A DNA stretch of 63,333 nucleotides, the filler included, from Squatina squatina (Eukaryota): the NCBI GenBank assembly GCA_031763465.1. It is 4 parts of 4 records of this genome, joined end to end, with 100 filler letters (N's around TTAATTAATTAA, not from the genome) between each part and the next. Parts side by side here need not be neighbours in the genome. Positions count along the whole stretch, not along the records: positions 1 to 14,586 come from JARFOE010000100.1; positions 14,687 to 28,713 come from JARFOE010000192.1; 2 more parts are not named here. One strand, written 5' to 3'. The translations under genes and the position numbers were made by a program. The notes below the pieces were generated by a model that saw only the letters and a list, made by a program, of their open reading frames with translations, was not told where the DNA came from and did not search any database. Shown in pieces: positions 12,960 through 23,311 of this stretch (position 1 is its first letter; each line of letters begins with the position of its first letter).

Positions 12960-13478
12960 TACAAGACCCAACTCCATAAAACTGATTTGCCGAATTAAAG
13001 AAAAAGGCATATAATGTTGCCAAAAAAAGCCTGAGGATCTGGAAGATTTTAGAATTCAGCAAAGGAGTAACAAGAAATTGATCAAATGAGACACAATAGA
13101 ATGAGAGTAAACAAGCAAGAGACATAAAAATATGATTGTAAAAGCTTCTATTAGCTATGTAAAAAGGAAGAGATTACCAAAAGTAAATGTAGGTCCCTTA
13201 CAGGAAGAGTCAGGAGAAATTATAATGGGGAATAAGGACACGGCAGAGAGTGACTGCCCTTGACAGCAAGGCAGCATTTGACCGAGTGTGACATCAAGAA
13301 GCCCTAGTAAAATTGAAGTCAATGGGAATCGGGGGGAAAACTCTCCACTGGCTGGAGTCATAGCTAACACAAAGGAAGATGGTAGTGGTTGTTGGGAGGC
13401 CAATCATCCCAGCCCCAGGACATCGCTGCAGAAGTTCCTCAGAGCAGTGTCCTAGGCCCAACCATCTTCAGCTGCTTT
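12960..13478 (+). mobile_element. CR1-like LINE ORF2 fragments (two joined pieces)
   Basis: CR1-type strings (aaaagcttct..ctatgtaaaaagg; aaatgtaggtcccttaca; tcagggcagtgtcctaggccca-like QGSVLGP motif 'PQSSVLGPTIFSCF'). Confidence 0.75.
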
Positions 13479-14586
13479 ANNNNNNNNNNNNNNNNNNNNN
13501 NNNNNNNNNNNNNNNNNNNNNNNNNNNNNNNNNNNNNNNNNNNNNNNNNNNNNNNNNNNNNNNNNNNNNNNNNNNNNNNTAATAATAAAAGCAGAATTGT
13601 TAATCTTCTTGTGTAAACGTCACCACATATTCAAAACATGGGGCACATGTTGACAGTTAATATTTGCTCCAAAATTAACTGCAAAAACTGACCAAAAGCT
13701 TCACCCCACATAACATGTAAGAAGTGCAGCTAATAGTGGATACCAGAAATAATTATAAGGCAGTAGTTTCATCTCAAGATTCAAAGTTTTGTGTGTTTTA
13801 TATTGTCATCTTATAATCATTCCCAGATGTTCATAATAATCCATATATTTATAAACATTCCCTTTTTATCCGTATGTCATTAATACTGAAAAGGAAAGGA
13901 GTTAGTGATTGTATAAAGAAATGGTAGTAATGATTACTTTTGCCAAAAGATGAAAACAAGACAAATTTAGTGCCAATGTACACTCTCCCACTGCACCCCA
14001 CCCCCATCCCTGGTCATTAGCTGTCACAACCGAGGTTATATTCCGCCCCTGATTTAGTGTAAGTGATAGGGTCAGAGTTCATGAACCCCCACCACTCTGT
14101 TACTCATATCCATTGGCTGTGGAAGTCAAGAACTGGCAGGAGTAAGATTGACCTTGAAGGGCAAATTTCATCCTAAAAGAAGCTCTTAAAATTTAGATCT
14201 CAGGGTATCATGTTTAACAAGGTGCTGCTTCGGTTCCTGGCCAGATGACCAGTGCAGAACTGCAGATGGCATTGCATGTAACGTAGCTGTCGTGGGACAC
14301 CAAGGACTCATTTCCAACCTGTTTCAAAGGGCAGTCAGGTTCAACCAGAGGTCAAATCCTGCTACTACAATCCTGATAGTCTACAAGAGCACAGGACAAA
14401 TCACAGAAACACAGATTTGTCCCTGTGCTGGATGTTTAAATAAGGCAATAAGAAGTGCTTTAATCAATCACTGAATGTCATACTCGCTACTAGTTCACTA
14501 ATATCTTTAACTGATGTTTACTCGAGAAACCATGTCATAAGATAAAACTTTATCATTCTAATAATAAAGCTTTTTAATAGATGTGT

Positions 14587-14686
14587 NNNNNNNNNNNNNN
14601 NNNNNNNNNNNNNNNNNNNNNNNNNNNNNNTTAATTAATTAANNNNNNNNNNNNNNNNNNNNNNNNNNNNNNNNNNNNNNNNNNNN
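14587..14686. other. Artificial assembly spacer (44 N + TTAATTAATTAA + 44 N)
   Basis: Palindromic 12-mer at 14631-14642 has TAA in all six frames. It is flanked by exactly 44 N each side (100 total) and the same structure occurs three times. Confidence 0.97.
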
Positions 14687-15786
14687 CAACTGGTAGGTTA
14701 CAACTACAAGAGCCAGCAAAACAGTTAACAAATATATCCCCCAAATCTGAAACAGTTACCGTGCAGACTGCAGCTGTAAGTAGTAAGTCACTGAAAACCT
14801 ACTCGCAATCAACTGAGGAGAAACCATTTGTGTCAGTTATGCCATCGAATGTAAAAATTGCAAACATACCAGCAAATGCCCAGCCCAAAACAGAAAATAA
14901 TTTTATCAGGCCCTTCAGAAGAACATCAAGCCAATATGTTGCCTCAGCAATTTGCCGCTACACAGGCGTACAATCAACAAAAACTGGAGCTGGGAATGAA
15001 TCTAATGATCAGTGTAACACTGGATTTGAGAGTAAATCTGAGGATAAACATAAATTCAGACCTGCTGAGGAGAAATCTTCTCTGAAGCCCTCACAAAGAA
15101 ATTGCATTGGAAGCCAACTGAATACAGAGTTTGCACTCCACTCCAACTGGAGCAAAGAAAATGTTGAAAAAGTAATCAACCGTAAAAATGTTTTGCCACG
15201 AGAAGCTAAAACTGTTCCAAATCAGAACTGGTTAATTAAAGATGTATCAAATCAAACAAGCTCCTTTAACAAAGTTGTTTCCCAACCACAACTTTCCCGG
15301 TTAATTATAAAGGAAGCCTTTTCCACCAACGAGCAATGTCTCACTGCAAAGAATCTCATTCCACAAAGTGCATTGGATTTACCTGTTGTGAAAGATGTGA
15401 CTTCCAATGCCCCAAACGATCAGTCAATTAATCTGTCTATGACCCTTACATTTACTCCAGCTTCAACTTCATTTTCAGACTCTGTTAAAAATCTTTCTAC
15501 TGCTGCGAGACAGAGTGACCGCATCTCGCATAATTTGTCTGCCTCAAATCTGCCAACAGTGTCTAGTACGGCCTCTTCAGTTACTGAAACAGCATTTGCA
15601 GAGCAGTCAGAAGCTTCACCTTCCTTTCACACAAATTACTTCAATATCAAACCCAATACCAACATGTTTGGGCCTGTCAAAAAATTCAAACCCATCATTC
15701 AGAAGCCAGTGCAGAAAGATGAGTGTATACACAGCTCTCTCATGGAAGCCATCCAGTCAGGACAAAACAAAGGGCGACTTAGAAAG
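14687..15786 (+). CDS. COBL: Cordon-bleu WH2 actin nucleator, large exon (5' truncated) ending in the first WH2 domain
   Basis: 1.1-kb open frame with [12 protein letters not shown], the basic region [15 protein letters not shown] and WH2 [20 protein letters not shown]. Donor AAG|GT at 15786. GRB10 lies downstream, as for human COBL. Confidence 0.92.
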
Positions 15787-15897
15787 GTATAAATCTCCAT
15801 TTGATTCTTTAGTTCTGATGTGATTTTGTGATAAATCCAGCTGCTTCACTGTGTCATTTCTGATAAATGTATTGTCTCTGTGCCTTATTTTTGCCAG

Positions 15898-16017
15898 ACT
15901 TCTAATACAGTGATAAATGGTAACCTGAAGAAATCTTCATTCACTGCGACAGAGAATGAACACTCTGCACTCCTGGCATCAATTAGAGAGCACAGCGGAA
16001 TTTCAAAACTGAAAAAG
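15898..16017 (+). CDS. COBL: COBL exon with second WH2 domain
   Basis: ccag|ACT...AAG|gtagga, 120 nt, phase 0/0. EHSALLASIREHSGISKLKK resembles recalled human [20 protein letters not shown]. Confidence 0.92.
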
Positions 16018-16821
16018 GTAGGAACTGTTTCAGCAATTTATATTGTTCTTGTAAATTCAGAAAAAAAATCATGAATATACCACTGCTTCCAGTTTGCAGG
16101 CATTGTTTTACTTCCAGCTGAGAATGATGCAAAATTTAATATTTTCCTGTAAAATTCTTCAAAAACAATTAAAGAAGTGTAATTTCAACAGTTAAAACTG
16201 AAAGCTGGAGATCCAAGTATTTGCCCCTTTTTATTGCATAACTTAAAAATCATCCTCTCCACTATAAAAAAAGCTGTCAGAATTACAGTTAGATATATGT
16301 CGTACAATTGTCCTGTTATATTTTGAAGTTAAATATGTGTGATCTGGATTAACCAAAAGTCTGGGAAATACTAGAACAAATGTGTATCCAGTGCAGATGG
16401 GTGATATTTAATTCAACCTGATCCTAAGCTTTTGAGATAGACTGCAGAGTTTTTTTTAACAGTGTATAAAGTAGCCTTTTAGATTTCCTTGCCAAATGGA
16501 AGTTGTGCTTTTTCCATCAAGAAATAATTTTAAAATATAAGATCCAGCTACTGCCTCCATCCCAAAAGGCTTGATCAGAGGAAAATGATTTTTGTGAGGT
16601 AAGAGTGCCATACAAAAAAAACCAGGTAGCGAGAATACTTCTCTCCTTCCACGAGACAATTAATTAGATTTTTGCTGGCCCTAGTTAGGAAATTGTTCCA
16701 TCTTGACATTCTCAGAAGAGATAAGATTGTTTTATTCCTTGAATTGAGACCTGCCTTTGAAAATATTGATCTGATATCTGCGAAATTTGTTCAGGCAGGT
16801 CTACGAAGCAAGCATCTTGAA

Positions 16822-17060
16822 GGGCTAGCAATTCGGTAGCGCCCCTGCTGGGGCACTAACCTGTGCCCCCCGCCCCCTAATGGGACACAAACAACTTTTC
16901 ACCCGGCACGGCGCTGCTAACAGCTCATACTAAATTCCGCGGGGGCTTAGCGGCGGCGGTAACCTGTTGCCCCCGCTTCGCTGCGCACAGTGATTCACCG
17001 TGCGCAGCGCCCCATTATCACCCCAGGTATCTCCCCCTGAAGCTACGCCGGGCAATTCCA
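16822..17060. mobile_element. GC-rich MITE-like insertion in COBL intron
   Basis: CpG-rich patch in an AT-rich intron, with hairpin cgctgcgcac-a-gtga-t-tcac-c-gtgcgcagcg near 16979-17009. Confidence 0.4.
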
Positions 17061-18129
17061 NNNNNNNNNNNNNNNNNNNNNNNNNNNNNNNNNNNNNNNN
17101 NNNNNNNNNNNNNNNNNNNNNNNNNNNNNNNNNNNNNNNNNNNNNNNNNNNNNNNNNNNNTGACATTGGAAAGAGCTTATTAAAAGAAAGATAGATATAA
17201 GATCAGAAATTAAAATGAAGAACACGGCAAGGAGGTCAGTGCTGAAATGATGGTAGCCAAATTATTGCCCAAGTAGGAAGGGATTAAATGATTAACTCAA
17301 AGGCCACAACTGTTTACATGAGTATGTATTAATGGAGCTGTTTATAAGGTCACAGCCATGTACATCGAGGGCAGGTGTAATTACAAAAGTTCAGACAAGT
17401 TGGCTTGCTAAATTCAAACTTGTGGGGGTATGATGGAATTTTTTAAACCTGGGATGATGTTTTTGACATAAATAAGTCCATAAAAGTTAGATTTTATAAA
17501 TGCACGCTCTCTCCAACTCAGCGCATATTGGGAATTTGGGTTTGGAGATCAGTGAGCTTCATGGGATTTTCTATCCATTTAAAATTAATCGTTGCTTTCC
17601 TTCCTACCCTATAGTCTCCCACCAAGCAATGTTCTAGTGTGCTGTCAGATTGGTTTATCGATACTGCAGCTAATGGTTCCACTGATACTTTTTCCATTGG
17701 GTTTACAAGGGCTCTGTTCTCATTCCCACTCTGTTGCTTCTCCATAGCACTGACCTCTCGAAAACACCCANNNNNNNNNNNNNNNNNNNNNNNNNNNNNN
17801 NNNNNNNNNNNNNNNNNNNNNNNNNNNNNNNNNNNNNNNNNNNNNNNNNNNNNNNNNNNNNNNNNNNNNNGTATTTCCAGCATTTTCTGTTTTTATTTCA
17901 GATTCCCAGCATCCACAGTATTTTGCTTTTGCCTCTAACAAATGTTTTGGTCACCTCACGTTGTTGCTTAGCATCCATTTGCCTTATGCCTATTTGTGAA
18001 GTATTAGTTTACACTAAAGGCACTATAAAAATGGAAATTGTTATTGATGTGAGCTCTCCTGTTGCACTTAAATAAAAAAAAGCATTGTATTGTTACTGTA
18101 CTGTTATTTTAAGCTTATTTCTATTTTAG

Positions 18130-18219
18130 GTCTCTGTTCCCTCAAATACAATGCAAATCAATGGAAGGACAAGCTCTGTACAAATATCAAGTTGCTGGAC
18201 CCCATCCATTTCTTCATGA
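18130..18219 (+). CDS. COBL: COBL terminal coding exon (VSVPSNTMQINGRTSSVQISSCWTPSISS*)
   Basis: ttttag|GTC acceptor, phase 0, TGA at 18217-18219, followed by AT-rich UTR-like sequence to 19037. Resembles the Cobl-family post-WH2 tail. The exon for the third WH2 domain is not present, presumably lost in a gap. Confidence 0.75.
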   Translation, partial: VSVPSNTMQINGRTSSVQISSCWTPSISS

Positions 18220-19444
18220 GCAACATTGGAAATAATTGCGTGATGACCTTAAATTCTCAATTAGAACATTCATTGTAAGACAACACAGAAGAAATGAAGG
18301 CAACAATTTTATTGCACACCTATATGTGACAGTTCTGCATAATGTGGTCCTTTCTTTATTGTGCATGTCACCAAATGCAGATATATTTTAAGCAGAACTC
18401 ATTATCAAAATTAAGCATGTAACTGACCTATACCAATGCATTGCTAATACTATAGACATAACCATTGTTGAGAATCCCTTGTAAGCAGTAGGATCTCTTT
18501 GTTAATTTATACAGTAAATGTTCTGCAATAACTTTTCAAGAGCTGATGTGATTTCAAAGCAAAAGCTCTCAAAATATTATTAAACAATACTAATGAACAT
18601 AGGTTTGTACTAACTGTGCCAAAATCCATGTTTTTTTTAATCCTGCAAATGCAGTCTTGCCATTGAAGTGAAATATTATTTGGCATTTAATTAAAACTAT
18701 TTGCATTGCCAGTATTTACCAAGTATCTAATGTAAACTATAACATACATTTTGTAATTTATGATATATTTGGTGATCTGACTTTGTATTTAATTATCTAG
18801 AATAATTGATTTTTTTTCTTTTTTGTCAAAATGAGAATCAAAATTGTAGTCCTATAAATTTGCATTGATGGAACTATTTTTCTATATATAGTATATATGA
18901 TTGCTTGCTGGTAACATGAGGAACAATAGATATGATTGAACAGTTTCTGAAGAGAAAAAGATGTAGCTGATTTCTGTAAAATGTTTATATGTGTATTACT
19001 AAATGCAACTTGTGCCATATGATTAATAACATGTTCANNNNNNNNNNNNNNNNNNNNNNNNNNNNNNNNNNNNNNNNNNNNNNNNNNNNNNNNNNNNNNN
19101 NNNNNNNNNNNNNNNNNNNNNNNNNNNNNNNNNNNNNTTCCCAACCTTGGTCACCTTGCAAACACGTCTCTGATGATTATTAGAGCAACCCCATCTATCT
19201 CTATTGGCGCCACTGGTTCATCTATCTTTTTACGAATGCTTCATGCATTCAGATAAAGAGCATTTAATTTTATTTTTTTACCATTATTTCCTGCCTTGAC
19301 CTTATTCTCTGCTGCACTGCTACAGTTAAACTCTCTGTCCCTTCCTGTCACACACCGCTTTTTTTTAACACAAATCGCTACACTGCTCTATTACATTGAC
19401 CTTTCCCTTTAGATTTCTAAATTTCCCCTTACCTGACCCCATTT

Positions 19445-19548
19445 TTTAGTTTAAAGCCCTATCTACAGCCCTAGTTATTTGATTCACCAAGACACTGGTC
19501 CCAGCGTGGAGCCCGTCCAGACGGAACAGCTCCCTCTTTCCCCACGAG
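19445..19548 (-). mobile_element. CR1 ORF1 esterase-domain C-terminal fragment
   Basis: Antisense WGKRELFRLDGLH..GTSVLVNQITRAVDRALN*; DGLH is the SGNH-esterase motif of CR1 ORF1. Confidence 0.7.
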
Positions 19549-20074
19549 ACTTCAAGAGGTCCAGAGTCAATGTTAAGGACTCCCAGGGCCACTCCCTCCC
19601 AACTGTATACCTCTGTGTCGTGGTCTGTCCTGCCGGTGGGATAGGACCTACCTAGGGATGATGATGGAGGAGTTTGGGACATTGGCTGGAAGGAATGATT
19701 CTGTGAATATGACTACGTCAGNNNNNNNNNNNNNNNNNNNNNNNNNNNNNNNNNNNNNNNNNNNNNNNNNNNNNNNNNNNNNNNNNNNNNNNNNNNNNNN
19801 NNNNNNNNNNNNNNNNNNNNNCATGATACAGTTCCACTTCCCTGTCTATAAAAGGTTTTGAAAGAATTTAGAGAATCGCCTTTCAAACAAGAGCACATTA
19901 TTTTTGGTTGTTGTCAACCAGTCCTCCTTTCATGAGCTAGACGTTAAGTTAGGAGAGGAACTAATTAGGTCTTTGAGGCACATAAACTTCTAACTTTATA
20001 AAGAACATTATAAGTATAAGTATTTTTTTAAATTTAAATTTGATTATTAAAATAAAACATAACTAATTTAAAAA

Positions 20075-20300
20075 GACTTCTCCCCTCTCCTGAAGGAGGC
20101 CAGCAGCCCTCTTGCTAAGTAGTTTATAAAATCAGGGTGTGTGTGCAGATTATTTAATTGTGGAGGGCATCACAGTTGAGCCTGTTTCTATTCTCATTAT
20201 CACATGCACACTTTCCAAGAGATATTACTGAATAGCGAATCGGAACCGAAACCCTGTCTGATTTTTCCCTTTACTGAGCTGGGAGTGCTGAGGGCAACTC
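20075..20300 (-). mobile_element. tRNA-head SINE-like repeat (family X), antisense
   Basis: Reverse-complement similarity to 7185-7535 (gtggagggcatcacagttgag; cacactttcca; ctgatttttccctt). Confidence 0.55.
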
Positions 20301-21379
20301 ATACCCGATAAACTGGGAACATGATTAAAAAAGGGCAGTTTTACGTTAAACTCTTCGACAAATATTCTAATAGTTTAAATTTCCAAACACATTTCCATAA
20401 GTTTACTGTTTGGAAACATACGTGCATAATGCATTCCTATCAAAACAAGCTGTTAAAAAAGGTAAATAGTGACGACGAGTTTACCTTTTAGTCAGTCAAT
20501 TTTGAGTTGCTCGCAGCTATCCCTGTCTTGATCACACATTGATCGGGATAGTACTATTGACCTTCATTGTCAGCTCGGCATAGCCTTCAACACGAACACT
20601 GCTTTTACAGTGTAGCTTTACAAAAGTGTATAACCATCTTTCTTCAGGATAGTTTTGTTTACTCTGTAATTTTTTTGTTAAATAATATTTCGTTTGGCTT
20701 ATCTTTTTCTTAAATCTTGAAAGGGGAAAAAAGCACATCTACTTTTGAGATTAGTGCAGCTCATAAGCGTCTTTCTGGATCAACTATGGACGTCAGAGGA
20801 ACAGACCACAGCTGGTCGTAAGTAATTCATCGACTGCTGAATCTGCTGGCTGGGCGAGTCTGCAAGGCTACTGTAAGGAGTTAGTTCATCAAAGATAAAT
20901 AACCTCTGTGAAAATGAATTCTGGGGTCTTAAGAAAGTGGGACTCCTCGGGGAAGAAGCAGTAAAGTGGAGGATTAGAACTGGGATGTTCCAGATATTAT
21001 GAATTGTGGCTTGGTTTAAACTTTTGGACCCGAGTGTAAACTTTTCGTCAGAGCTGCATAGGACAAACTTGAGTGTTGCCGTCCCTTTCTGCTGCTGATT
21101 GCTGTCCCGTAGTAAATATGGTTGTCCTGGGAGCGAGCACCTCATCAAAAAGACGCCTGCAGCGTTGCCATGTGCGCTAAATCAAAGAAAAAGCAAAGCG
21201 CGGAAAAAAAATTAAGTACAACCTTTGAAAGGTCAAACATCGATCAAAGTGGAGTATTACAGAGAAGCAGCAAGGCGCAGAGTTTAGCGATTGTATTTGT
21301 AACCATATACGTACACGATTCAGATCTGAGCATACAGGAAATTTCTCTTACATCGACAGCCGTAAATACTGGAGGAGGT

Positions 21380-22720
21380 GAGCGATGCTGACGTCTTGGA
21401 TACCACATTGTACGTATTTTCCCGAAATTGCACCATCACCTCTGGCAACTTTACAAGACCAGGAGCAAAGCTTCGACAGTTTAACCCCTCGCCCCTCGGT
21501 CGCCAGGCGTGCGCACTACAATTTCCCGCGCGTAGTGGGGGGAAATTTTTTTTTAAATCCAGCCACCACAGGTTCCTTCACCGTTTATACCAAGGAACTG
21601 CACAAGGAAATTTTTGATGGGTGTGTGTGTGGTGGGGGGAGGAGAGGAAGAGAATGATGAAATTCAGCTGCACTTTATTCCGTCTCGCTCCCAGTCCGAC
21701 CCCGCCTCTCCTCCGCCCTCACTCTCGGCACGTGAATGTGGCCGTGTACCGGTACCAGCGTGATTGTGTCGGAGCAGGGCTGAGTAATCGCGAGCTGCCA
21801 GGCGGCCGGTTGAGTGGCGTGTAAACACGCGCAGCGGCAGTTACTTTTTTTAAGGGCAAAAAAAAAGTTGGTTGCTGAGCGCGCGCGCAGATGAGGCGTC
21901 GCCATTTTTTAACAAAAAAACCTCGTCGGCGCGCGCGACAAGGAAGGAGGAGTTAGCGAGTGAGAGTAGCGAGCTCCGGAGCCAGAGGGGCTGAGAGAGG
22001 CGGGCGGNNNNNNNNNNNNNNNNNNNNNNNNNNNNNNNNNNNNNNNNNNNNTTTAAGTAAGTGCTCGTCTTTCTTTATCTCTACTTTCTTTTCTCCTCAC
22101 CACCTTGCCTCCGACGGGTGAGTAATCTGCGAGAGTGTCTTAGTTTTCTTATGTATTCCTGGAAGGAGAGGGGCAGTTGGAAAGTGTTTTGGTGCATTGT
22201 GAAATGTCCGGCTATTTGCGTGCAGCGTGTAAAAGTGGTGTCGAAGGGTTTTAAAGCCCGTAGCATGTTGTACATTTTTTAGAAGAGGCACTGCGGTCAG
22301 TGCACGTACACAGCGCTCAGTGAGGTACAGTCGGCATCCAGTGTAGTAGCAAACCTGAGTTCATCTTCCTTTAAAGAAGTACAACGCGCGCGCACCAAAA
22401 AAAATCATTTTTTAAATCGAGCTTTTGACTTAAATTTCACTTTTGCATTCCATTACACTTTACGACCGATGAGCCAATTATGTGAAAAGGAGTAAGAAAA
22501 AGCTGCGCTGCTGCAGAAGTAGGTAGAGTTGCGGAAAATTGTATCGTTTGGTCAAAACTTTTTTTTCGCAAACCTGTTCTGAGACAACGCGTTCTCGTGC
22601 GTCATGATTTTGATATTTGGTTAATTAGAGCCTGGGCAGGGCCGCGAGGATCTGAAATGCTACAGGTATCCCTTTAAACACAGTTTGCAAACTATGGGGC
22701 CCTGAAACAGCGAGGGAGCG
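21380..22720 (+). promoter_or_regulatory. GRB10: CpG island, probable GRB10 promoter / non-coding first exon
   Basis: Dense CpG between the COBL 3' end and the GRB10 coding exons. Contains E2F-like TTTCCCGCG (about 21522), E-box CACGTG (21729-21734), YY1-like CGCCATTTT (21900-21908), three GCGCGCGC runs and a donor-like GG|GTGAGT (about 22117). Confidence 0.65.
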
Positions 22721-23187
22721 GCACTGTTGGGTGCTTTAAAATGGGAAAAGGAAAACGTTCATAGTGTTAATAAGTTGATAAATATAGGCTTTTTCTTTGA
22801 TAACATCAAAGATATTGCGAGGAAAGTCTAGCTTCTTTACTGAATCTTGTGTGGTGTTTTAAGAGTTATGCATTACTGCGGCGAATGTAACAGCGTTTTA
22901 CAACAAATGAAGAAGCAACTCGTAAAATTGTTAACGTCACTTCCACTTGGGTGGAAAACTGCATTTGATATTGCTGTCCTTAAATGAAGTCTACAGCTAT
23001 TAACAAGTGCTAAGGGTAACTTCGAAACTGCAGAAGACTGGAATGGATAGTTACAAAAATGCCAATTTAAATACTGAATAGTGAAGCNNNNNNNNNNNNN
23101 NNNNNNNNNNNNNNNNNNNNNNNNNNNNNNNNNNNNNNNNNNNNNNNNNNNNNNNNNNNNNNNNNNNNNNNNNNNNNNNNNNNNNNN

Positions 23188-23311
23188 CACTTATTCAAAA
23201 TGGTCAGCTTGCCTGTAGTCAGTTGGCAAGTTCAGGAACAAACTCACCACAGCCAACGTCACCAAGGCAGAAGCTGCGACGTTCTCAGCCAATGCACATT
23301 CTGGCAGTCAG
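23188..23311 (+). CDS. GRB10: GRB10 N-terminal exon (5' truncated by gap)
   Basis: LIQNGQ...SPRQKLRRSQPMHILAVR versus recalled human LLQNGQ...SPRQRVQRSQPVHILAVR; donor AG|GTAAGA. Confidence 0.9.
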
